A DNA stretch of 64,000 bases from an uncultured Solirubrobacteraceae bacterium (GTDB taxonomy: Bacteria > Actinomycetota > Thermoleophilia > Solirubrobacterales > Solirubrobacteraceae): contig CAVTKR010000005.1 of the NCBI GenBank assembly GCA_963735435.1, positions 674,319 to 738,318 of the forward strand, read 5' to 3'. Shown piece by piece: positions 44,812-53,350 of this stretch. Both the position numbers and the translations under genes were made by a program. Below the pieces are notes generated by a model. That model saw only the letters and a list, made by a program, of their open reading frames with translations, searched no databases and was not told the origin of the DNA. The first letter of the stretch is position 1. Each line of letters opens with the position of its first letter.

Positions 44812-47800
44812 TCACGGCAGCGATGCGATCGCGCCCGGCCCCCCGAGCCGCAGCGACGGGCTGCAGATGTAGGCGAACGCGGCGCTCACGCCACCTTTGA
44901 TCGCCGGCAGCCGCGTGAGCATCCGCATCGTCGGCACGGGGACGCCCGAAACCCGGCGCGAGCCGAGGACGCGGTGGCCCGAGCGCAGCACGGCGCTGAC
45001 GTGCAGGTCAGCGTTGCGTGCCGCGCCGCGGAGCGGCAGGCGGCAGGTCACCCCGACGCCGCCGAGCGTCGCGTTCGAGCAGCTCCCGAGCAGCCGATCG
45101 CCCGCGCGCGCCGTGATCGTCACGATGCCCGCACGCCCGGCGGCCGTGGTGATCACCAGTTCGCGATTGATGATGATCGCCGAGAGCGAGCCCAGCGCCT
45201 GGCGCCCGGTTCCGGTTCCGGTCGCGCTGACGCTGGCGGCGGCCGGCGCGGGCGCAGACGCCGACGCGGACAGGGGATCGACCGTCACCTGCAGGCTCTG
45301 CCCGCGCGCGCCGGGCGCGGCTGCGGCGATCGTGACGGTCGTGGGGACATCCACGTGGGGCGCCAGGTACAGCCCGCCTGAAGAGACGGTGCCGGCACTG
45401 GCCGTCCAGGTGACGGGCCCGGTCGCGCCGTCGGCGAGCGCGGTCAGCTGCGCGGCCGTGCCCGAGGTCACCGTCTGCGGCCCGGCGAGCGCGACCCGTC
45501 CCGAGGGCTTGGCCGGCACGGAGACCGTGGTGCTCGCCCTCGCCGCGAGCGCCCCGCCGGCCGAGGCGCTGCCGTTGGCCTGGAAGCCGACCGGGCCCTG
45601 GCCGTAGCTTTCCCACGAGGTCTCGGCCGTGGCTTTGCTCAACCCGGTGGCGGTGGTCTCGACGTTGCCCGTCCCGCCCGAGCTCTTCGCGGCGTTGTAG
45701 TGCAGTTTGCCAGAGCCGAGCGGGAGTGCCACGAGCCAGTACTTCGTTCCGCTCGTGACTGAGACCGACAGGCCCGAGGCCGTGATCCAGGAGCTGACGG
45801 CGGGCGTTCCCGACGCCGTCGCGCTGCCGAGCACAGCGCCCGGTTTGCCGGCGTTTTCGGCGAAGAGCGCCAGCACCACTCCGGTCACTCCCGTGTTCGC
45901 TGTCGCGTTCGTGCGGAACAGCAGTTCTTCGACCGTGCCGCTGGCGGCGGCCGTGAACTGGAACGCTTCCTCACGTCCCGCGGTGGTCTGGTCGGAGACC
46001 GTGTACGTGGCGGTGGCGTCGCCGACGAGCAGGCCTTTGGTCCCCGCGGGCGCCGTGATTTCGATCGTCTTTTCGGCTTTCGCGCCTTTGCTCGTCGTCG
46101 CCGTGACCGTGACCTTGCCCCCAGCAGGCACCGATTCAGGCGCCGTGTATTTCCCTTCGCTGGTGATCGTGCCCGCGCTCGCGCCCCACGTCACCGTCGG
46201 CGAGTCGTTCGTCACTTTCGCGGTCAACTGAACGCTCGCACCGGTGTTCATGCTCGCCGGCGCACCTTCGATCACCACACTCGGCACCGGCGCCGTGACT
46301 TCGATCGTCTTTTCGGCTTTCGCGCCTTTGCTCGTCGTCGCCGTGACCGTGACCTTGCCCCCAGCAGGAACGGATTCGGGCGCCGTGTATTTCCCTTCGC
46401 TCGTGATCGAGCCCGCGCTCGCGCCCCACGTCACCGTCGGCGAGTCGTTCGTCACTTTCGCGGTCAACTGAACGCTCGCACCGGTGTTCATGCTCGCCGG
46501 CGCACCTTCGATCACCACACTCGGCACCGGCGCCGTGACTTCGATCGTCTTTTCGGCTTTCGCGCCTTTGCTCGTCGTCGCCGTGACCGTGACCTTGCCC
46601 CCAGCAGGAACGGATTCGGGCGCCGTGTATTTCCCTTCGCTCGTGATCGAGCCCGCGCTCGCGCCCCACGTCACCGTCGGCGAGTCGTTCGTCACTTTCG
46701 CGGTCAACTGAACGCTCGCACCGGTGTTCATGCTCGCCGGCGCACCTTCGATCACCACACTCGGCGGCGCTTCGCCCACGGTGCCGTTGGCCTGGAAGCC
46801 GACCGGCCCCTGGTTGAAGGCTTCCCAGGACGTCTGGGCGGTGGCTGTGCCCATGCCGCCGGCGGTGCTCTCGACGTTGCCCGCGCCACCCGAGCCGACG
46901 GCGGCGTTGTAGTGCAGCTTGCCCGAGCCCGTGGGCAGCGCGACGAGCCAGTACTTGGTTGCGCTCGTGACCGCGACCGACAGCCCGGAGACCTTGATCC
47001 ACGAGCTGACCGCCGGCGTGCCCGAGGCCGTCCCCTGTCCGAGCACCGCGCCGGGTTTGCCGCCGTTTTCCGCGAACACCGCCAGCACCAGACCGGTCAC
47101 GCCGGTGTTGGCCGTGGCGTTGGTCCGGAACAGGAGTTCTTCGACTTTGCCGGTCGTTTTCGCGGTGAACTGAAACGCTTCCTCGCGCCCAGCCGTGGTC
47201 TGGTCGCCGACCGTGTAGGTCGCCGTGGCGTCCCCGACGAGGAGCCCTTTCGTCCCGGCCGGGGCGCGTGATTTCGATTTTCTTTTCGGCTTTCGCGCCT
47301 TTGCTGGTCGTCGCCGTGACCGTCACCGTTCCGCCGGCGGGGACTTCGGCGGGCGCCGTGTATCTGCCTTCGGAGGTGATGGCGCCGGCGCTCGCCCCCC
47401 AGGTGACCGTCGGGGAGTCGTTGACGACTTTCGCGGAGAGCTGCACGCTCGAGCCCGCCTGCATGCTCGCGGGCGCGCCTTCGATCGAGACCGCCGGCTG
47501 GGTCGAGGAGGTGACTTCGATCGAGACCGTGGCCACCTGCGGGCTTTCCGGGAATTTGCTCGCGGCGTCGGCGGCCGAGAACGTGAAGCTGTCGGTGCCC
47601 GTGAACCCTGCGGTGGGGGTGTAGGTGACCTTGCCTTCGCTGTTGATCGTGCCGAGGCTCCCGTGGCCGGGGCCGGAGACGATCTTGTAGGTCGGTTTGT
47701 TGCTGTCTTTGAACGCTTTGGAGGTCAGGGTGATGGTCTTGGCGATGCCGGCCGGCGTTTCGGTGGCCTGGGGCTGCGCGTCGAAGCCCGGCACGACCGT

Positions 47801-48673
47801 CGCCGCGGTCGAGTAGACCGGCACGTTGGCTTCGCCCGTTTCCTTGACGAACCCGAGCGGGTTGACGTCCTCGCGCAGCCAGTATTCGCCCGGCAGCACG
47901 TTCGAGATGTCGACCCACTGCAGCGCGAGCGAGGAGTCGTAGACGTCGCGCCAGCCGACCGAGATGCCCTCGAACAGGCTTGTCGCGTTGGGCCGGTAGC
48001 GCTGGCAGAATTCGCGGAAGGGGGCGACGTTGTCGGCGTAGACGGCGCTGGAGGGCCCGATCGAGGTTTCGACGTGCTGGCTGTCGTCGAGGCAGAAGCC
48101 GACCTTCTGAGCGGGCGCGACTTCGGCCGTCTTGCTCACGTTCCACAGCGAGTAGCGCGCGATCTTCTGCAGGTGCCAGTGGTGGTGGCCGTCGGCGGCC
48201 GCGTAGATCAGTTCCCCGCTGCTCGTTTCATCGACATGCGCGCGTTCGATGTTTTTTTCTTCGGCGGTCGTCGTGAACAGGCGCTGGAAGGTCTTCATCG
48301 CCGGGACGGCGAGTTCTTCTTCGTCTTTCTGCGACAGCGGTTCTTCTTTTTCGCGCGCTTTTTCGACTTCTTCGGTGACTTTTTTGCTGACTTTCGGCGC
48401 TTCGCGCGAGCCGCGGAAGTCGACGGCGCCCGGCCCCTTGTTGTGGATGTAGCCGTTGAAGCGCAGCAGTAGCCGGGGAGTCCCGGTCGAGGTGTCCGTC
48501 GCGATCGACTGCGCGTCGGGCGGGTCGGCGACCAGGTTCGGGAGCAGCGTCGCGCCCGAAGCGCCCGCGACCCGGGCCGACGCGGCCACGGAGAGCAGGA
48601 CGGCGGCGAGCGTCATCACTGCGGCAACGGCGCGCAGACCACTCATGCGGCGCTGTGAGACCTTCATCTCCAT
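44812..48673 (-). pseudogene. Secreted lysyl-oxidase-like multidomain protein, paralogue B (~1286 codons if read through); frame broken by one extra base near 47266
   Basis: The N-terminal part is ORF 46136..48745, in frame down to 47267. It has ATG 48673 after GGGGTGGAG, a signal peptide and the LOX motifs LLLRFNGYIHNKG, DGHHHWHLQK (48173-48187), QKVGFCLDDS and GISVGWRDVY...LQWVDISNVLPGEYW. After ...AKAEKKIEIT the frame turns Arg-rich. The sensible continuation APAGTKGLLVGDATATYTV... lies in the frame of ORF 44812..47100, which is open up to 47265. An intact copy of the same junction (KTIEITAPAGTKGLL) occurs at 46037-46070. Confidence 0.8.
46049..46764 (-). repeat. Three tandem 240-bp coding repeats (80-aa Big_2-like Ig domain); two are identical
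   Basis: Direct comparison shows 46171-46524 is identical base for base to 46411-46764 (240-nt offset). The third unit (46049-46290) differs at a handful of positions. Each unit encodes SVVIEGAPASMNTGASVQLTAKVTNDSPTVTWGASAGSITSEGKYTAPESVPAGGKVTVTATTSKGAKAEKTIEVT. Confidence 0.95.
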
Positions 48674-48795
48674 CCAGACTCCACCCCTGCCATCCGTGAC
48701 GCTGTCTCCGGGTATGCGCCTTCGACGAGCGAGAGTACCAGTCACCCGAATGTGGGGGAGTGGGCCGGGCAGATCTTTAGGGTCTCCAAGAAACC

Positions 48796-49569
48796 ATGAT
48801 CGACCTCCACTGCCATCTGCTGCCGGGCATCGACGACGGACCGCCCGACATCGAGGGCTCGATCGCGATGGCGCGACGTGCGCTTCGGGCGGGAATCGAG
48901 ACGGTCGTGGCGACGCCGCACGTGAACTCGCGCTATCCCAACGATCCGGAGACGATCGCGGCCGGCATCGCCGATGTCCGGGCGGCGCTGGCCCGCGAGC
49001 AGCTCGATCTCGAGGTCCGTCCGGGCGCTGAGATCGCCGTCAGCTACCTCGCCGAGACGGACACGTCCGGGATCGGCGCGCTGACGCTGGGGGGCGGCGA
49101 ATGGCTGCTGATCGAGCCCCCCTTTGCGACGGTGGCGAGCGGCCTCGTCACGACGGTGCAGGGCCTGCTCTGGGACGGGCATCGCGTCGTGCTCGCCCAC
49201 CCGGAGCGCTGTCCCGCGATCCATCGCGATCCTTCGATCGTGCGCAGGCTCGTCGACGACGGCGTGCTGATGTCGCTGACAGCCGGCTCACTCGCCGGGC
49301 GCTTCGGCTCGCAGGCGCGACGCGTGGCCGTGGCGCTGTTGCGCGAGGAGATGGCCCACAACGTGACCTCGGACTCACACGACGCCGGGAACCGCCCGCC
49401 GTCGATCGCGCCCGAGGTGCAGCAGGCCGGGTTCGGCGAGTTGGTCGGATGGCTGACCGAGGAGGTCCCCGCCGCGATCCTCGGCGGCGGCGCTGTGCCT
49501 CCACGCCCGCCGCGCGCGGCGCGCGAGGGCCTGCGTGCCCGCGTTGCGCGGGCGCTCAAGCGAGCCTGA
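48796..49569 (+). CDS. CpsB/YwqE-type PHP-family protein-tyrosine phosphatase
   Basis: MIDLHCHLLPGIDDGPPDIEGSIAMAR...VVATPHV... is the hallmark N-terminus of the capsule phosphatase CpsB. 257 aa. Confidence 0.9.
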   Translation: MIDLHCHLLPGIDDGPPDIEGSIAMARRALRAGIETVVATPHVNSRYPNDPETIAAGIADVRAALAREQLDLEVRPGAEIAVSYLAETDTSGIGALTLGGGEWLLIEPPFATVASGLVTTVQGLLWDGHRVVLAHPERCPAIHRDPSIVRRLVDDGVLMSLTAGSLAGRFGSQARRVAVALLREEMAHNVTSDSHDAGNRPPSIAPEVQQAGFGELVGWLTEEVPAAILGGGAVPPRPPRAAREGLRARVARALKRA

Positions 49570-49726
49570 CGATCGCGATCACCATCCCGATCAGGACGAA
49601 CACGACGATCGCGACCTGGATCCAGATCCAGTGCTGGGGCATCCGACGGCCAGCCTAGCTGGGTCCGCCCTCCGGGACCGCCCCAACCTTCGCCTCAGCT
49701 TTAGGGTCGCCACTATCGTGTCGGGA

Positions 49727-51016
49727 ATGCACCGAGCGCACCGCAGGCTCGCCGCGCTGCTCGCGTTGGCAGCGCTGGCGACCTACGCGGCGAGCGCCCA
49801 GGCCGCGACGGGCCCGCTCGGCGGCGTCAACATCCCCGGTCTCAGCGCGCTGTCCTCGGCGGCGGCGACCGATCACGTCGTCCAGACCGCCTCGAAGATG
49901 CACGCACGCGTCGTGCGGGTCGACTTCCCGTGGTCGCTCTTCGAGCCCGACGGGCCGGCGCTCGACCCGGCCGCGCTCGCGCGTGCCGATCGCCTTCTCG
50001 CGGACACCTCGGCGGCCGGCATCAAGGTGGTCGCGACGGTCGCCAACACGCCGTGCTGGGCCTCCTCCGCGCCTCCGTCGGCGCGGAGCGGCTGCGCGAC
50101 CGGCAACACCGACACCGCCGGAGCCTGGCCGCCGAGCAACCCGGCGACGTACGCCGCCTTCCTGAACGCGCTCGTGGCCCGCTACGGCACCAAGATCACG
50201 GCGATCGAGGTCTGGAACGAGCCCGACCAGGCCAACGAAGACTATTTCGCCGGACCCGACAAGGCCAAGAACTACGCCGCCGTCGTACGCGCCGCCTATC
50301 CCGCCGTGAAGGCGGCGAACCCGGGCGTGCTGGTCCTTGCCGGCTCGCTCGTCGGCTCGAACGGCAACTTCCTGCGCGCCCTCTACGCGGCCGGGATGAA
50401 GGGCTACTACGACGGCCTCTCGGTGCACTTCTACAACCTCACGCTCGCCTCGCTGCGATCGATCCACGAAGCCCAGCTGGCGAACGGCGACACCAAGCCG
50501 CTGTGGCTGGACGAGTTCGGCTGGACAAGCTGCTGGCCGGGGCGCAAGATCGAGCAGGAACAGGCCTGCGTCACGCCGCGGACGCAGGCGCTGAACCTGC
50601 GCAACTCGGTCCGCGAGATGGCGCGCGCCCCCTACGTGGCGGCGGCGATGGTCTACAAGCTCGAGGACTCCCACGGCGAAGACTTCGGGTCGGTGACGAC
50701 AGGCGGTGCTCGCAAGCCCGCCTTCGGCGCGCTCAGCGAAGCCTTCGTCAAGCCGTTCGGGGCCTACAGCCGCGTGAGCCTGAGCCTGCGCCGCCGGGGT
50801 TCTCACCTAGTGGCGAGCGGCGGCGGCCCGGTCGGCGACTTCCTGGAGCTCGAAGCCTTCAAGGGGACCCACCTGCGCTACCGCGCGCTGTTCACCCAGG
50901 ATCGCTTCAACCGCTTCTCGATCCCGCTGCCCTCGCAGCTCGGGACCCGCGGCCTGCGCGTGCGGGTCTTCCAGTACTGGACGGGTCCCTCGCGCGCCGC
51001 CACGCGGAGCGTCTGA
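49727..51016 (+). CDS. Secreted glycoside hydrolase, clan GH-A TIM barrel (GH5/GH39-like)
   Basis: ATG 49727 with signal peptide MHRAHRRLAALLALAALATYAASAQA. IEVWNEPD (acid/base Glu) and LWLDEFGW (nucleophile Glu). Confidence 0.7.
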   Translation: MHRAHRRLAALLALAALATYAASAQAATGPLGGVNIPGLSALSSAAATDHVVQTASKMHARVVRVDFPWSLFEPDGPALDPAALARADRLLADTSAAGIKVVATVANTPCWASSAPPSARSGCATGNTDTAGAWPPSNPATYAAFLNALVARYGTKITAIEVWNEPDQANEDYFAGPDKAKNYAAVVRAAYPAVKAANPGVLVLAGSLVGSNGNFLRALYAAGMKGYYDGLSVHFYNLTLASLRSIHEAQLANGDTKPLWLDEFGWTSCWPGRKIEQEQACVTPRTQALNLRNSVREMARAPYVAAAMVYKLEDSHGEDFGSVTTGGARKPAFGALSEAFVKPFGAYSRVSLSLRRRGSHLVASGGGPVGDFLELEAFKGTHLRYRALFTQDRFNRFSIPLPSQLGTRGLRVRVFQYWTGPSRAATRSV

Positions 51017-51060
51017 GCCGCCGAGGCCGGCAGGGAGCGCCGGCCGGCCCTTTCCTACGC

Positions 51061-52626
51061 CTATTCCGCGTTGCGGAAGAGCGCGACCAGCGTCAGCGCG
51101 AGGATCTTCAGGTCGAGCCCCAGCGACCAGTGGGCGATGTAGTAGTTGTCCCACTCGACCCGCTCTGCAAGCGAGGTCTGGCCGCGCAGCCCATGGACCT
51201 GCGCCCAGCCGGTGATGCCCGACTTGACACGGTGGCGATCGCCGTAGCGAATGATGTCGTTGCGGAAGAGTTCGACGAACTCGGGGCGCTCGGGGCGCGG
51301 ACCGACGAGGCTCATGTCGCCGCGCAGCACGTTGAAGAGCTGCGGCAGCTCGTCGAGCGAGCTTTTACGCATGAAGCGCCCGACAGCGGTGCGGCGGTCC
51401 TCGCCCTCGACTCCGCCGGGCGCGATGTCGCCTGCGAGCAGGAAGTCCAGCGCCGTCTCGTCCTCCTCGATCAGCTCGCCCTGGCGCGCCGCACGCATCG
51501 AACGGAACTTGTAGAAGTCGAAGACGCGCCCGTCGCGTCCGACACGGCGCTGCTTGAAGAGGATCGGTCCGGGACTCGAAAGCTTGACGGCGATCGCGAC
51601 CAGCGCCAGCACCGGCGAGAGCAGGATCAGCAGGACCATGGCGAGCATCCGGTCCAGGCCGTGCTTGATCGTGAACTGGGCGCCCTTCGGGTCCACGGCG
51701 GTGAACGAGAGCAGCGGCAGGCCGCCGACGGTGTCGTAGCCCACGCGGTCGTTGATCAGGTCGAACATGCGCGGCACAACCGACACGTCCACGCCCAGTT
51801 CCTGACAGCGCGGGATCAGCCGGCTGACGCGGGCGTCCGCGACCGATGAGAAGGCGACGATCAGATACTTGACGCCGGTCCGTTCGACGGCCTCCTCGAG
51901 GTCGTCGATCGTGCCCAGCACGGGCACCTCGCGGCCGCCGACCTCGGCGACCGAGCGCGGGTCCTCGTCGAGGAAGCCAACCGGGGCCAGCCCGTACTCG
52001 GGGTGGTTCTCCAGCCGGCGCGCGACCTGAGCGCCGACCACGCCGGCGCCCATGATGAGGACGGGCCTGCCGATCAGGCGCTTGGCGCGGGCCCGGCGCT
52101 GGGCTAGCGCCAGCACGGTCCGGCCGATGCCGACACCCACGAGCGCGTAGAACCAAGCGCGGATCCACTGCCCCTGTTCAGGCACTTCGTGGTTCGCAGC
52201 CAAGCCCAGGACCGCCACCGCCATCGCCGCGACGGAGACGCCGCTGATCACGGGCACGATGCCGTCGAGGACCTGGGTGCGGAGCTTCGTGCGATACAGG
52301 CCCCGCAGATAGAAGAGGAGCACCACCAGGAACGGCATCAGCAGCAGCGGAGCGCGGGGTTCGTTGATGCCGAACAGGCTGCCGAAGCCGCCGAGCGCGA
52401 TCACGAGCGCCACCCACACCATCACGAAGTCCACGATCGGCCGCACCACGCCCCAGCCAGAGCCCTCCAGCGCCCACTGCAGCGGCCCGTGGAAGGTGCC
52501 GCGGTGCAGCGCCCGCGGAGTCGGGGCGTCGTGAGCCAGCTCGCTTCGCAGCGAGATGGTGCTGGATGTCGTCTGTTGAGTTACGCGCGCGCGGTCCATT
52601 TGCAGCCCGGGGATTTCCGCCTTCAA
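51061..52626 (-). CDS. Polyprenyl-phosphate sugar phosphotransferase (priming enzyme, WbaP/EpsB-like)
   Basis: N-terminal TM bundle, a Rossmann-like CoA_binding_3 region (VLIMGAGVVGAQV), and a C-terminal Bac_transf domain with DELPQLFNVLRGDMSLVGPRPERPEFV. The start may be ATG 52599. Confidence 0.9.
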   Translation of the reverse strand: MKAEIPGLQMDRARVTQQTTSSTISLRSELAHDAPTPRALHRGTFHGPLQWALEGSGWGVVRPIVDFVMVWVALVIALGGFGSLFGINEPRAPLLLMPFLVVLLFYLRGLYRTKLRTQVLDGIVPVISGVSVAAMAVAVLGLAANHEVPEQGQWIRAWFYALVGVGIGRTVLALAQRRARAKRLIGRPVLIMGAGVVGAQVARRLENHPEYGLAPVGFLDEDPRSVAEVGGREVPVLGTIDDLEEAVERTGVKYLIVAFSSVADARVSRLIPRCQELGVDVSVVPRMFDLINDRVGYDTVGGLPLLSFTAVDPKGAQFTIKHGLDRMLAMVLLILLSPVLALVAIAVKLSSPGPILFKQRRVGRDGRVFDFYKFRSMRAARQGELIEEDETALDFLLAGDIAPGGVEGEDRRTAVGRFMRKSSLDELPQLFNVLRGDMSLVGPRPERPEFVELFRNDIIRYGDRHRVKSGITGWAQVHGLRGQTSLAERVEWDNYYIAHWSLGLDLKILALTLVALFRNAE

Positions 52627-52656
52627 GTGACTACTCGGGTCTTGCGTCCCTTCCCT

Positions 52657-53205
52657 TTAGCGGATGTCGATCTCTCCCCGGCCCCCCCGTGACTGCTTTT
52701 CACCGCGTGTCAACAGCACCGTGACGACGGCGGTCAGCACCAAAACCAGAAATGCGAGCACGACATAGGCGACATCGGTGCCCGAGAGCCCCAGAGCAGG
52801 GGCGCTCACCGGCCGTACCGCGACCTGCGTGGCGGTCTCGCCGGACGCCGCCGAAGTGCTCGGGACGCCCGCCCGCGGGTGGGCTGCCCGGCGCTGCTGG
52901 GAGCGTGCTCCGGAGACCCCGCCGCGGCTTGCCCCGCTCGTGCGCGGCGTGGCGCGCGGCGCGGGAGCCGCTTCGATCGAGGCTGCCTGCGGCGCGGACG
53001 AGCCCCCGCCCGCGGAGCCTCCGCCGCCCGAGCCGGAGTGGCCCGAGCCGCCGATCAGGGTCGAGCCGAGGATCGCCTGGTTCCCCTCGCCGGGGCCGCC
53101 GTAGCCGCTCAACAGCGTGCTTGACGCCGAAGCACCCGGCGCGAGTGCGCAAAAGCACCCGAGCGCGAACAGCGCGACCGTCATTGTCAGGCGTTGCCTA
53201 CGCAT
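52657..53205 (-). CDS. Secreted Gly/Ser/Ala-rich protein with a C-terminal TM anchor
   Basis: Signal peptide MTVALFALGCFCALAPGASA, low-complexity GGSGHSGSGGGGSAGGGSS, and a C-terminal helix VAYVVLAFLVLVLTAVVTVLL followed by basic residues. Confidence 0.55.
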   Translation of the reverse strand: MRRQRLTMTVALFALGCFCALAPGASASSTLLSGYGGPGEGNQAILGSTLIGGSGHSGSGGGGSAGGGSSAPQAASIEAAPAPRATPRTSGASRGGVSGARSQQRRAAHPRAGVPSTSAASGETATQVAVRPVSAPALGLSGTDVAYVVLAFLVLVLTAVVTVLLTRGEKQSRGGRGEIDIR

Positions 53206-53350
53206 ACATCCCTACCGTGGGTTCCCTTCATCGGCCGGAGCAAAAACGCTCTCTGTCCTTGCCACTCGAGCGGCCTCACCGTGTCTCGGTTGGCAGTCTT
53301 GGACGTGCCCCCCGCCCGAGCAGCGGCGAATCGACGAGATGGCCCTTAAA

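Noticed and set aside
46244-46912. Two identical 75-aa plus-strand ORFs (46244..46471, 46484..46711) and a related 62-aa one
   Set aside because: They are antisense images of the 240-bp tandem repeats in the LOX-like gene. Their identity simply reflects the repeat.
46136-47266. C-terminal 377 codons of the 869-aa ORF (46136..48745)
   Set aside because: After the frame break at ~47266 the translation becomes Arg/Gly/His/Asp-rich nonsense, while the overlapping frame (44812..47265) encodes repeated, well-formed domains. This tail is a read-through artefact.
49930-51849. 639-aa plus-strand ORF
   Set aside because: It is an alternative frame of the glycoside hydrolase gene and antisense to the priming transferase gene. 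The product is Arg-rich.
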